From NCBI RefSeq assembly GCF_009914755.1, contig NC_060927.1: 64,000 nucleotides of DNA. One strand, given 5' to 3'. The notes beneath the pieces are model-generated. The model worked only from the letters and a program-made list of their open reading frames with translations, made no database searches and was not told the origin of the DNA. The position numbers and the translations under genes were made by a program. This document shows positions 52,726-64,000 of this stretch, piece by piece. The DNA comes from the human T2T-CHM13v2.0 reference genome, Homo sapiens. Positions within the stretch are counted from its first letter, which is position 1. Each line of letters begins with the position of its first letter.

Positions 52726-54214
52726 CAAAAAGTAGTATCAGGACACTTACTACACATTTAAAGTCCAAGATACATGGAGGGGGAAAACGCTATTTATTTG
52801 AGAGAACTGCAGGGAAAGCATTGTCCACAGAATCCCTCCAAGTTTTTCTTCAATGAGGTGGTATAGAGTGCAGAGTATAGAGTTATAGTTTTATCACTTA
52901 GAGTTTTCTCTGTATAACGAACTCTACAGCTAGAGAGTTACTGACACAAGTTCAGCCATCTGCCAGTATCATGACCTAATATGTTTTCTGGCATTCTTCT
53001 CTGCCATCCTTGGCAGGTTTGTTTGGGGCACTTAAGCTTTTCACTGCATGATCTCAATATTATAATAAAACAACATTGAATCCAGGAAGCTGGAGTTGGG
53101 TGTGGGGCAGCTAGAAAGTGGCCTTTTCCAAGTAGTTCTTGCTTTATGATAGTTAAGTAAATTTCTCAAAAGTCTTTTAGAAGACATCATGAACTAAATC
53201 AATGTCAAGAATTGCATCAATGTCAATAACTGCAAGAATTGCATCGATGTCAATAATTGCAGTTGATGCAATTCTACTCTACATCTGCTACAAATAATGC
53301 AGGGAAATCAAGTACTTTTCTATATATGTCCTGGCAAAGGTGAAGGTGACTATCATGACTGACTTAGACTAGCAATGATTCATTTGCTTCCCTAAACAAA
53401 ATGGGAAGTTAACAGCAAGGGAAAGATGGAAATGAAAATAGAATAGAGACCTTAAGGTGTGCTGCAAACTTTAGAGGAGTTTATTGTTCTCTTACACCCT
53501 GAATTTCAGAGAGCACACGGGAGAGGTTGGGTAAAATGGAAAAGAATGAGAGAGGTAGTCAGATCATTGAATATATAAAACCTTATAGGACTAAATGATC
53601 TGGATAATGGTTGGTGACCTGGGTGGCTTAGATTAGCGGTACTGATTAACATAATGGGGGTGTGAAGTGTGGTGGAATTGGTCCTGTTAGACTCTCAGTT
53701 GATGGCAGACAATTCGTGTGATAGCCTAAAGCAGGGCTACTCAAAGTGTGGGCTAGTTTGTTGCCCATTAAAATGAGATACGTACAGGAAGCCAGGTTAA
53801 CATTTAGAATCTTATATTACAACTTGACACTGCCAGATATTTTTATTGTATTTCCAAAAGTAATGATCTACAATAGACTAATAGGAGCAACAACAAAACA
53901 ATAAGTAACAAAACAAGACACTGTTTCTTTACTATAGGAGTTTGAAAAGACTAGCTTACTTAAACTAGGAGAGTCTGGGTTGTACTACCACAATTTTCTT
54001 TTGGGGTGATGAAAATATTTTAGAATTAGATAAAGGTGGTAGTTGCATAATTTAATTTATTTATTTAATTTTATTCTATAATTTATTCCTTCATAGATAA
54101 CCAAAATTTTCTGTCTGGAAATTTGTGGGAATTTAAAATAATTCTTGCAATTCAAAAAAATTTCCGTATGTCTGTTTTTATTTCTCTTTATTTTATTAAA
54201 TTTGCCAGAGTAGA

Positions 54215-54607
54215 TGTATTAGTTTACTATGGCTATCATAACAAAATACCAAAGACTGGGTGGCTTAAACACCAGAAATTTATTTTCTCAGAATTTGAGA
54301 GGCTAGAAGTCTGAGATCAAGAAGTCAACAGAGCTGATAATTCTGAGCCCTCTCTCTTTGGCTTGGAGGAGGCCATTTTCTCCCTGTGTCTTCACATGGC
54401 TGTCCCTCTGTGTGCTCCTGTGTCCTTGTTTTCTTTTTTATAAGGACACTAGCCACACTGGAATAAGATCCACCCATATAACCTTATTTTTCTTTAATTA
54501 CCTCTTTAAAGGACCCAATGTCAGATACAGTCACATTCTGACGTTCTGAGGGTTAGAATTTTGTTATGCTAATTTGAATTGGGAAGACACGACATAGCTC
54601 ACAACAA
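54215..54607 (-). mobile_element. MLT1A/B-type solo LTR
   Basis: TGTATTAGTTTACTATGGCTATCATAACAAAATACCA...TATAAGGACACTAGCCA. Confidence 0.85.
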
Positions 54608-55699
54608 TAGGGTTAAGCCCTTTAGAAACAGTTATATTCTAAAACTGAAAATTTTTCCTGCACTGTTTCAAATTTTTGTTCATTTTATAATTTTTCCCTT
54701 TTTCATCAGTTCAACCATATTTGTTCCATTGGATTCCCACCTGCACTTTGTACCAATTATTCATATGCTTTAAATTTCTTTAAATTTTGATCCACATACA
54801 AAATTCTCAGATTTGAATTACAGATGTATGGCTTAACTTTTCTATGTATGTCTGCTTAAAGATTCCAATGTACTGATATGAATTTTAATTCTCATACTGT
54901 AATTATCTTACGGCAAGCATACCTTAACTCAGCCTCATTAGGTTCTCATTCTGTTGTGTAGGTCATATTGCCATTTTTTTTCCTTAATCTTAGCCTGTTT
55001 TAGATTTAAAGTTTTTGTGTGGTTCACAATGTCTTTATTCATTATTTTATCTGTCTATCTACCTACTTACTTATTCCAATTTGAGGTGGTTTCTCATTTT
55101 CTTTTAGAATTTTCTCCTTATACTACAGGAGATAGTATTAAGATACATTATTCCGGTGTCCAGGTCAGAGTTCCCAATTCCATGTTCCAATCTCTTCTTT
55201 GGTACAACCCATAGTGACTTTTTTCCCCTTTTTAAGATGAGAATTCATCTTGGCAGGTATAATTTTTTCAGCATGCAGGTAGGGATATGGATCATACTTC
55301 CAGGGTCTTTTGGACTCTGGCTATTTCACTTTCTAGTCTATAGTTTGAAGGGTGTTAATTTGCATAGTTTCTAGCCCAACTCCCAGTGTCTAGCAGGATT
55401 CTTTCCATAAGGCTCTGGCCATTTGAAGAATTGTCTCCTATCCTGATGTTGATTAAACTTTGAACCAGTGGGCACATTTAAATAAATCAGCAGTCATCAC
55501 GCATTGCTGCCAGGAATCTTCCAATCTCCATGTGCTCATAATTCCCTCACCACCCTGCCCCCCAGGGGATTACGGCTTTAAGGATTTAACACACAGCTTC
55601 AACTTCTCTGAAAGTGTCTTAACATTTATTTTCAAGGAGTTACTTTCTCTAAATATATCTGATAAAGATGAGATAAAAGAGGAGAAGTATCTTTTCAGC

Positions 55700-56058
55700 C
55701 CCCCAAAATAATATCCCTGCTTAATTTTTCCATTTGGTATAGTGACTGCTGATAACGCCAAGTCCCTCATGGTAACTTGTCCATCACTGAAGGGAGCTGA
55801 TTCATTAAAGAATAAGCACCCTTCCTGGAGACAGCCAGGGTACAATGACTGATGAGTATGGGGGTACAAAAGCCCTGTTCCCAGTTCAGGACGTCTCTGT
55901 GGAGCCATCCAAGCTCCAAAGCTGATAACTAAATTACAATTAAACTCATCTCCTTATCTGAACCTATTTCCCTCACTCCCTTGCTGGTGTTCTTCTAAAA
56001 ATTCTTCTGTCTAAAGCTCCTGCATGCAAATTTCCATTGAGGGAAACCTGACTTAGGA
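55700..56058 (+). mobile_element. LTR16-like ERVL LTR
   Basis: ATGACTGATGAGTATGGGGGTACAAAAGCCC...CCATCCAAGCTCC...CTGCATGCAAAT. Confidence 0.55.
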
Positions 56059-56779
56059 AAAATCTTCCTACCTTCTTCCAGCTGGTTGACGTAGTTTTAT
56101 CTCTGGTGCCAAATGTATGTTTACATTGCCATTTCTTTTCCTCTCAATCCTGTTCTATTGTTGGCATTAGTAAAATTTTTTCCTGGTATTTGGTAGTAGA
56201 TGATTTTCTGATTTTAGTGTTTACTCTTATGAATTTTGCTTTGGCGACATGCCTTTATGGTACATTAGCAGGATGCCAGATGAGGTTGCTCCAGGTACTA
56301 CTAGCTGGTTGACATTTCAAACTCATCAATTCCATCATGAGTCTCCAAATGGTACAAAATATGTGGGGACTCATGGCAGTTTAACACAGTGGAAGTGTTA
56401 AGAAGTCCTAACCAGGTGTCGATTTTAGTCATTTTCTTTTGTACTTCTAAACTGTCCATGAAATTTCAGAGTGTGTGCGTAAACCAAACTCCTACTAGTT
56501 TATTTCATAGAGATTGTTCTACACCTTAATAAAGGCAGGAAGCTGACTAATTCAAACTTAAAACTTTAGTTCTAGTAAGTTCCACATGTAGCCAGCCCTA
56601 AGACTTACTGAGTGAAGTGTGGGCTAAGGAATAGTCACGCACTTCTTCTAAAATACTTTTACATGTGTACAGAAAGATACGGCATAATGGCTTATCCAGG
56701 TGAAAGAAGGTAGAAAATTTTCCTAAGTCAGTTTTCCTCAATGGCAATTTGCATGCAAGAGCTTTACAAAGTAATCTAG

Positions 56780-56990
56780 TGTGTTGGAGCCTAAGGGGTA
56801 AGGAGTAATTAAAATAAAGACCTGGGTTCAAATTAAAACTGCATTGACTAGCTAAATAATTTGGGGCAATTTTCCTAAACATTATAATCCTCCATTTCTT
56901 TATCTGCAATATGAGAATCACAATTCTTATGTTATTGGTTTACTGTGAGGATTAAATGATATAAGGTAGGTAAAACACCCAGGACAATCA
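56780..56990 (+). mobile_element. MIR SINE
   Basis: AGACCTGGGTTCAAAT...TGTGAGGATTAAATGA. Confidence 0.75.
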
Positions 56991-57885
56991 TACTATCTTA
57001 TTTTTATATAATAGGTGTGGGATACATTAGAAACAGGAAGAAGCTCAAGGTCAAAAATTGTAGGCATATTCTGGGTCAATCTTTTCACTCTTCCTGGCCT
57101 AATTTTTCCATCCTTATACAGGGGGAATTGGGATTGAGTGAGTTTATTATTTCCTAGGACCTTTCCAGCTGTAAGTTTTTATAAACATATACAAGAATAT
57201 ATTTGCATATATACAATTATGCGCATTTTTAACAGGACACTGATAAAACTAAAAACCCAGGTAATTTGCCCATAGTCACACAGATAGAAAGTACCAGAGA
57301 TATAGTTGGAAATTAAATTTTTGTGCTTCAAATCCTTAGTTCTCTGAAATGTATCTTGCTTAGTGTGTATATGATACATTACATTCTTATTGAACAATTG
57401 GATATTCTTATGTGTCTGCATTTATCTTTGGTTATTTATTTATTCAGTTGCACAAATTTCAATCATGCCCATCTACCTGGAGGACTTCAGACAACGAGTA
57501 CATAATTTTTCAAAATAGGGGACCTTTTCTTTTTCTTTGTCCAAAAGCACACCATTAATAAATGAAGCTGCCATTCTACAATTTCCCTACTCTCCCAGTA
57601 TGTGAGTTATATGATTTGCTGCATCAGGCAAAACTGTAAGTGACTTGCCTCATTATGTTCTGTCCTGAGATGACAGCACAAGTATCACGGGAGCATGAAA
57701 AAATGAGGTAATACATTTGTGCTTTTTTCTTTTACCATTAGTATCAGCACTTTCGTTCAATTCACAATTGTACCAATGCAGGTGTGTGTGATTCAGGAAA
57801 TGGCATTTAGCCTATCTAAACCTTCACTTCCCATTCTGAAAACAGATATTTCAATTAATAATCAATTTATCCTGACCTCATAAAA

Positions 57886-57891
<6 letters not shown>

Positions 57892-57932
<41 letters not shown>
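57892..57932. repeat. T41 homopolymer
   Basis: Counted directly. Confidence 0.95.
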
Positions 57933-57934
<2 letters not shown>

Positions 57935-57936
<2 letters not shown>

Positions 57937-58425
57937 CTCTTAGAATAAAGGCCAGAATCTTAAGCTTAAATGATGGTGCTTAATCTGGCCCCTGCCAACT
58001 TCCAAAATGGCTGAACATGGCCATTTCTCCGTTACTCACTATGGTTCAGTTACAGTGACCTTCCTCTTTATCCTTGAAATCCCCAGGCCACCTCCATCTG
58101 CTGGACCTCTGCATCTGTGTTTCATGTGCCTGGAATATCCTGGATCCCTTTCTTGCCAACACCTACTTATTCTTCCTGCCTAAACTATTTATTGGAATAT
58201 ATTCTCTGAGCACCAAAACTAGATTAGGTTCTCATTTATAAGCTTTCAAAGCATTCTGTAATTCCTCTCCATAATATTCATAGACCTTTAATTATATTTT
58301 CTGTGACTGTCTTCCTAGCTAACTTTACATTCTAAGGTTGTAGATAAAAAGTCTGGCTTGTCCATCCATCATTGCACTCTGATTTTCTTTCATGGTGCCT
58401 TTTGATGAGTGAATGAATAAATGAG
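57935..58425 (+). mobile_element. L2 3' fragment
   Basis: AATCTGGCCCCTGCC...TGCCTGGAATATCC...ends TGAGTGAATGAATAAATGA. Confidence 0.65.
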
Positions 58426-58509
58426 TAACAGCACAGTAGAGGGGGAAAAACAGTAGAAAAAAATAGAGAATACTAGAGCACCTAACCACCAGCATCTTCA
58501 AAGAGAAAA

Positions 58510-59020
58510 TTAATTAACATTCATTGAATGGCAAGTTTTTAGATTAGCATATCATTTAATTTTCCTAATAACTTGTAGATATTAGGTGAAACTAACGCCA
58601 TTTTACAGACAAAGAAAAAAAAAGCCCTCGAAGATTATAAATCACCCAAAATCACACAACTCACAAGTAGCAGAGATGAGCTTTCAGCACAGCTTGGCCC
58701 AAGTTCAGTGTTTTTCTTCTTTCTACTATTTCTTTAAGGCTATGATAATTATAATGAACTGAGCTGCTATCATTTATTGTACATTTTCTAAATGCTAGTG
58801 TTTACTCTGAGTGTAATGTTCATTTTCTTACTTAATACTTGCAATAATCCTTTGACATTAATTAATTTTTCAGTTCATAAATAAATCAACCGAAGACTAC
58901 TGAGTACTAAGGGACTGTAACTTGCCCAACATCACAAATATAGCAAATGTTAGAGCCAGAATTGAAATCTACATCTTCCCGATTCCAAAGCATATGGCCT
59001 TAAACGACTATACTGTATTA
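58510..59020 (-). mobile_element. Two tandem MIR SINEs
   Basis: CCATTTTACAGACAAAG...TCACACAACT; TAACTTGCCCAACATCAC. Confidence 0.65.
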
Positions 59021-59629
59021 CTTTTCAATAGCTTTGGAGCTGTTACATTGATTTCCTCGTTTATTTGTTAGCAAGTTGAGACTCAGTAAGGAGTAATGTC
59101 TTGGCCATGATTCCACCAGATTTTATAAAGTACATGAAACATATTCCAGGCAGTAGAGTCAGCAGGATGTAAGCATTTACATTTATTGGGTAACTTCCAT
59201 GTAGAAATAAGTTATATTTCTCCCATGTCCTGAGACATACCTTGAGTTAAAGACAGGCTTTCCAGGTGTTGTGGGCACTGTGCCAGAAATGATGCTGGAA
59301 GTGTAACTTGCATGATAAACAACTCTGATGATCTAGCTTCTTACATTAATTAGCAAATCCACTCACAGAACAAATGTTTACTGAACATCCACTTGAAACA
59401 CTTTCTGATAGCTAGAAACCAGTTCCCTCCTCATGGAACTAAATTCTAGAAATGGAAGCAATTTTTTTGTTGTTGTTCAGTGTGAACGAGTCTACAGTCA
59501 ATTAATCAATAATGAAGTCTACAATATGCCCAGCAGAATGATGTGTTAGACCTAAAACAATATAGGTAATATGGATATGAAAATGACAATAACAATAATA
59601 ACATTAATAATAATTAGAATTTATTTTAT

Positions 59630-59766
59630 GTCTCTTTTTTTCTTTTAGTAGAGACTGGCTTTTTCCATGTTACCCAGACTGCTCTTGAACTCCTAGACTC
59701 AAGTTATCCTCTCACATCAGCCTCCCAAAGTGATGGGATTATGGGCATGAGCCACTGCACCCAGCC
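59630..59766 (-). mobile_element. FLAM/Alu left monomer
   Basis: CAGCCTCCCAAAGTGATGGGATTATGGGCATGAGCCACTGCACCCAGCC. Confidence 0.85.
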
Positions 59767-60804
59767 TATTTTAGTATATTTTGGTTTCTGTCTTCATTCT
59801 GTATTCTAGATATTTCAGTGAATAGTAGAGATAACAATTATGAATCTCATCCTAAAGATGGTGGTGCCAGGACTCAGAAAAGTAAAGTTACTTTCTAAAG
59901 AATGTCTCTTGGCTATTTTATGACTGAGCCTTTTTTGTAGAGCTGGGTACCAGGATAGTGCTGCCAAAGTCAGGTCCTCCTTCCACTATATGAAGATACT
60001 CTCTAGACGAGGTGTTTTAACCAATTATAGCATTGATAATTAACATTTATCCTCTCTCATTCTTACTCTTTCTCTATGAAATGCTATTATTTTACTTTTA
60101 TAAAAAAAAAAAATAACTGGCCAAGAGAGATGAGTTGACTGTAGCGTCATAAAGCTGGTTAGTGACGGAGCAATAATGCCAGCCAAGGCCTGTGTGACTC
60201 CACAACCATAGTCTTTCCACTGTGTTACATTGCCTTTCCAGTACAAAGTGTGAAATCTGTATCTTTTCAGGACAATAGGATATTCATCAGTTCACAATGG
60301 CAGGCACTAGCGAATGAATTTCTACACACTGACAGTGCAGATGTGTCCTATAAAATGAGTCACAGAAAACTTGCAGAGTTACCATTATTTTGAATAAGCG
60401 TTGAGTGAATTATACTGATTGATTTTCAAATGTTAAATCAACTTGCTTACCTGAGATAAACAGTTCAATTTTTATGTATTGTCCATTCTCGTTATTACTG
60501 TATTTTATGTAGAATGTTTGAATTTATGTTTATAAAGGCTATAGATGTGCAATATTTTTCTTGTAATGTGTTAGTCTTGTTTTGCTATTGGGACTATTCT
60601 GGCATCATAAAAATTTGGAAAATAGTCCTAACTTCTTTAATTCTTTGAACAATTGTGTGTAAAGGTATCATTATCTCTTTCTTAACTGATTGATAAAACT
60701 TAGTCTTGAAGAAAAGAGTCATATTTTTTGTGGAAAGTTTTTAATTTGAATTAATATCTTTGACAAATACAAGACTGTAAAAGGTTTCTATTTGTCTTTT
60801 GTCA

Positions 60805-61120
60805 ATTAAATCAGTCTGAGTTCAATCAGAGAAACAGATGCAGCAGACTATACATATTAAGAGATGTATTGTTAGGAATTCTTTTATGTGATTGTGGGGA
60901 CCAGGAAATTTCAATATTCTTAGGCCACAAGGAAAGACAGACTGTAGCCTTAGGCATAAACTGAAGCTTCTGTCCATGGGGGGATTTTATTCTTTTTTGG
61001 GGACACCTCAGGTCTGTTCTTAAAGATTTTCCACTGATTGAATCAGGCCCAGAATGTCTAGAGTACTCTCCCTTATTTAAAGTCAATTGATTCTGGACTT
61101 TAATTAATACAAAAATGCAT
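60805..61120. mobile_element. MLT2-like ERVL LTR (interrupted by L1PA), preceded by an old L1M fragment at ~60400-60800
   Basis: TTCAATCAGAGAAACAGA...CTGATTGAATCAGGCCCA...CTCCCTTATTTAAAGTCAA. Confidence 0.65.
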
Positions 61121-64000
61121 GGGAGTTCCAAGATGGCCGAATAGGAACAGCTCCAGTCTATAGCTCCCAGCGTGAGTGATGCAGAAGATGGGTAATTTCT
61201 GCATTTCCAACTGAGGTACTGGGTTCATCTCACTGGGGCTTGTCAGACAGTGGGTGCAGCCCATGGAGCAGGGCGGGGCATTGCCTCACTGGGGAAGTGC
61301 AAGGGGTTGGAGAATTCCCTTTCCTAGCAAAGGAAAGCTGTGACAGACGGTAACTGAAAATTGGGACACTCCCACCCTAATTCTGCACTTTTCCAATGGC
61401 CTTAGCAAACGGCACACCAGGAGATTATATCCCATGCCTGGCTCCGAGGGTCCCACGCCCACGGAGCCTCGCTTACTGCTAGCACAGCAGTCTGAGATCC
61501 AACTGCAAGGCAGGTAGCAGTGAGCCTCGGGGAGGGACATCCACCATTGCTGAGGCTTGAGTAGGTAAACAAAGTGGCCAGGAAGCTTGAACTGGGTGGA
61601 GCCCACTGCAGCTCCAGGAGGCCTGCCTGCCTTTGTGGACTCCACCTCTAGGGGCAGGGCATAGCTGAACAAAAAGCAGCAGAAACTTCTGCAGACTTAA
61701 ACATCCTTTGAAGTAAGTAGTGGTTCTCCCAGCATGGAGTTTGAGATCTGAGAACGGACAGACTGCCTCCTCAAGTGGGTCCCTGACCCCCGAATAGCCT
61801 AATTGGGAGACACCTCCCAGTAGGGGCCAACTGACACCTCATACAGCCAGGTGCCCCTCTGAGACAAAGGTTCCAGAGGAAGGATCAGGCAGCAACATTT
61901 ACTGTTCTGCAGTATTTGCTGTTCTGCAGCCCCTGCTGGTGATACCCAGGCAAACAGGGTCTGGAGTGGACTTCCAGCAAACTCCAACAGACCTGCAGCT
62001 GAGGCTCCTGCCTGTTAGAAGGAAAACTAACAAACAGAAAGGACATCCACACCAAAAATCCATCTGTACATTGCCATCATCAAAGACCAAAGGTAGATAA
62101 AACCACAAACATGGGGAGAAACCAGAGCAGAAAGCTGAAAATTCTAAAAAGCAGAGTGCCTCTTCTCCTCCAAAGGAACATAGCTCCTCGCCAGCAATGG
62201 AACAAAGCTGGATGGGGAATGACTTTGATGAGTTGAGAGAAGTAGGCTTCAGATGATCGGTAATAACAAACTTCTCCAAGTTAAAGGAGGATGTTTGAAC
62301 CCACCGCAAAGAAGCTAAAAACCTTGAAAAAAGATTAGACGAATGGCTAACTAGAATAAACAGTGTAGAGAAGTCTTTAAATGACCTGATGGAGCTGAAA
62401 ACTATGGCATGAGAACCACGTGATGCATGCATAAGCTTCCGTAGCTGATTTGATCAAGTGGAAGAAAGGGTATCAGTGATTGAAGATCAAATGAATGAAA
62501 TGAAGCAAGAAGAGAAGTTTACAGAAAAAAGAGTAAAAAGAAAGGAACAAATCCTCCAAGAAATATGGGGCTATGTGAAAAGACCAAATCTACGTGTGAC
62601 TGGTGTACCTGAAAGTGACTGGGAGAATGGAACCAAGTTGGAAAACACTCCTCAGGATATTATCCAGGAGAACTTCCCCAACTTAGGGAGGCAGGCCAAC
62701 ATTCAAATTCAGGAAATACAGAGAACGTCACAAAGATAATCCTCGAGAAGAGCAACTGCAAGACACATAACTGTCAGATTCACCAAAGTTGAAATGAAGG
62801 AAAAAATGTTAAGGGCAGCCAGAGAGAAATGTCAAGTTACCCAAAAAGGGAAGCCCATCAGACTAACAGCGGATCTCCTGGCAGAAACTCTACAAGCCAG
62901 AAGAGAGTGGGGGCCAATATTCAACATTCTTAAGAAAAGAATTTTCAACCCAGAATTTCATATCCAGCCAAACTAAGCTTCATAAATGAAGGAGAAATAA
63001 AATCCTTTGCAGACAAACAAATGCTGAGATATTTTGTCACCACCAGGCCTGTCTTACAAGAGCTCCTGAAGGAAGCACTAAACATGGAAAGGAACAACTG
63101 GTACCAGCCACTGCAAAAACATGCCAAATTGTAAAGACCATTGATGCTACAAAGAAACTACATCAACTAATGAGCAAAATAACCAGCTAACATCATAATG
63201 ACAGGATCAAATTCACACATAACAATATTAACCTTAAATGTAAATGGGTTAAATGCTCCAATTAAAAGACAGACTGGCAAATTGGATACAGAGTCAAGAC
63301 CCATCAGTGTACTGTACTCAGGAGACCCATCTCACATGCAGAGACACACATGGGCTCAAAATAAAGGGATGGAGGAAGATCTACCAAGCAAGTGGAAAAC
63401 AAAAATAGCAGGGGTTGCAATCCTAGTCTCTGATAAAACAGACGTTAAACAAACAAAGATCAAAAGAGACAAAGAAGGCCATTACATAGTGGTAAAGGGA
63501 TCAATTCAACAAGAAGAGCTAACTATCCTGAATATATATGCACCCAATACAGGAGCACCCAGATTCATAAAGCAAGTCCTTAGAGACCTACAAAGAGACT
63601 TAAACTCCCACACAATAATAGTGGGAGACTTTAACACCCTACTGTCAACATTAGACAGATCAATGACACAGAAAGCTTATAAGGATGTCCAGGAATTGAA
63701 CTCAGCTCTGCACCAAGCAGACCTAATAGACATCTACAGAACTCTCCACCCCAAATCAACAGAATATACATTCTTCTCAGCACCACATCACACTTATTCC
63801 AAAATTGACCAAATAGTTGGAAGTAAAGCACTCCTCAGCAAATGTAAAAGAACAGAAATTATAACAAACTCTCTCTCAGATCACAGTGCAATCAAACTAG
63901 AACTCAGGATTGAGAAACTCACTCAAAACCGCTTAACTACATGGAAACTGAACAACCTGCTCCTGAATGACTACTGGGTACATAACAAAATGAAGGCAGA
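61121..64000 (+). mobile_element. 5'-intact L1PA5/6-like LINE-1: 5'UTR 61121-62110, disrupted ORF1 62111-63134, disrupted ORF2 from 63198; continues beyond the window
   Basis: CAAGATGGCCGAATAGGAACAGCTCC start with YY1 site; ORF1 peptides (MKEKMLRAAREK, IIQENFPNL); in-frame stops and frameshifts. Confidence 0.95.

Noticed and set aside
61899-62432. 177-aa minus-strand ORF
   Set aside because: Antisense frame of the L1 5'UTR/ORF1; no independent support

Overview
Human-type, AT-rich, repeat-dense intergenic DNA. A consensus-like AluYb8, a human-specific subfamily, identifies the species. The only gene-derived sequence is a full-length processed pseudogene of ferrochelatase (about 29.5-32.2 kb), consistent with the known FECHP1 on 3p22-23. 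The rest is SINEs (Alu, MIR), LINEs (L1PA, L1M, L2), LTR elements (MLT1/MST/THE1, MER74, LTR16, MLT2), hAT MITEs and simple repeats. I see no intact protein-coding gene, RNA gene or CRISPR array, and no evidence of a new multi-gene system. The most interesting signals are mutational scars. These are a snap-back palindromic insertion (7.45-7.61 kb), a twin-primed old L1 (15.4-17.1 kb), a doubly truncated L1PA piece whose open ORF covers the ORF2 endonuclease domain (23.0-24.2 kb), a locally templated 217-bp insertion into a MER5 (26.2-26.4 kb), and an orphan insert in THE1-int (34.45-34.66 kb). Repeat subfamily names come from recalled consensus motifs, not a database search, and boundaries of old repeats are approximate.
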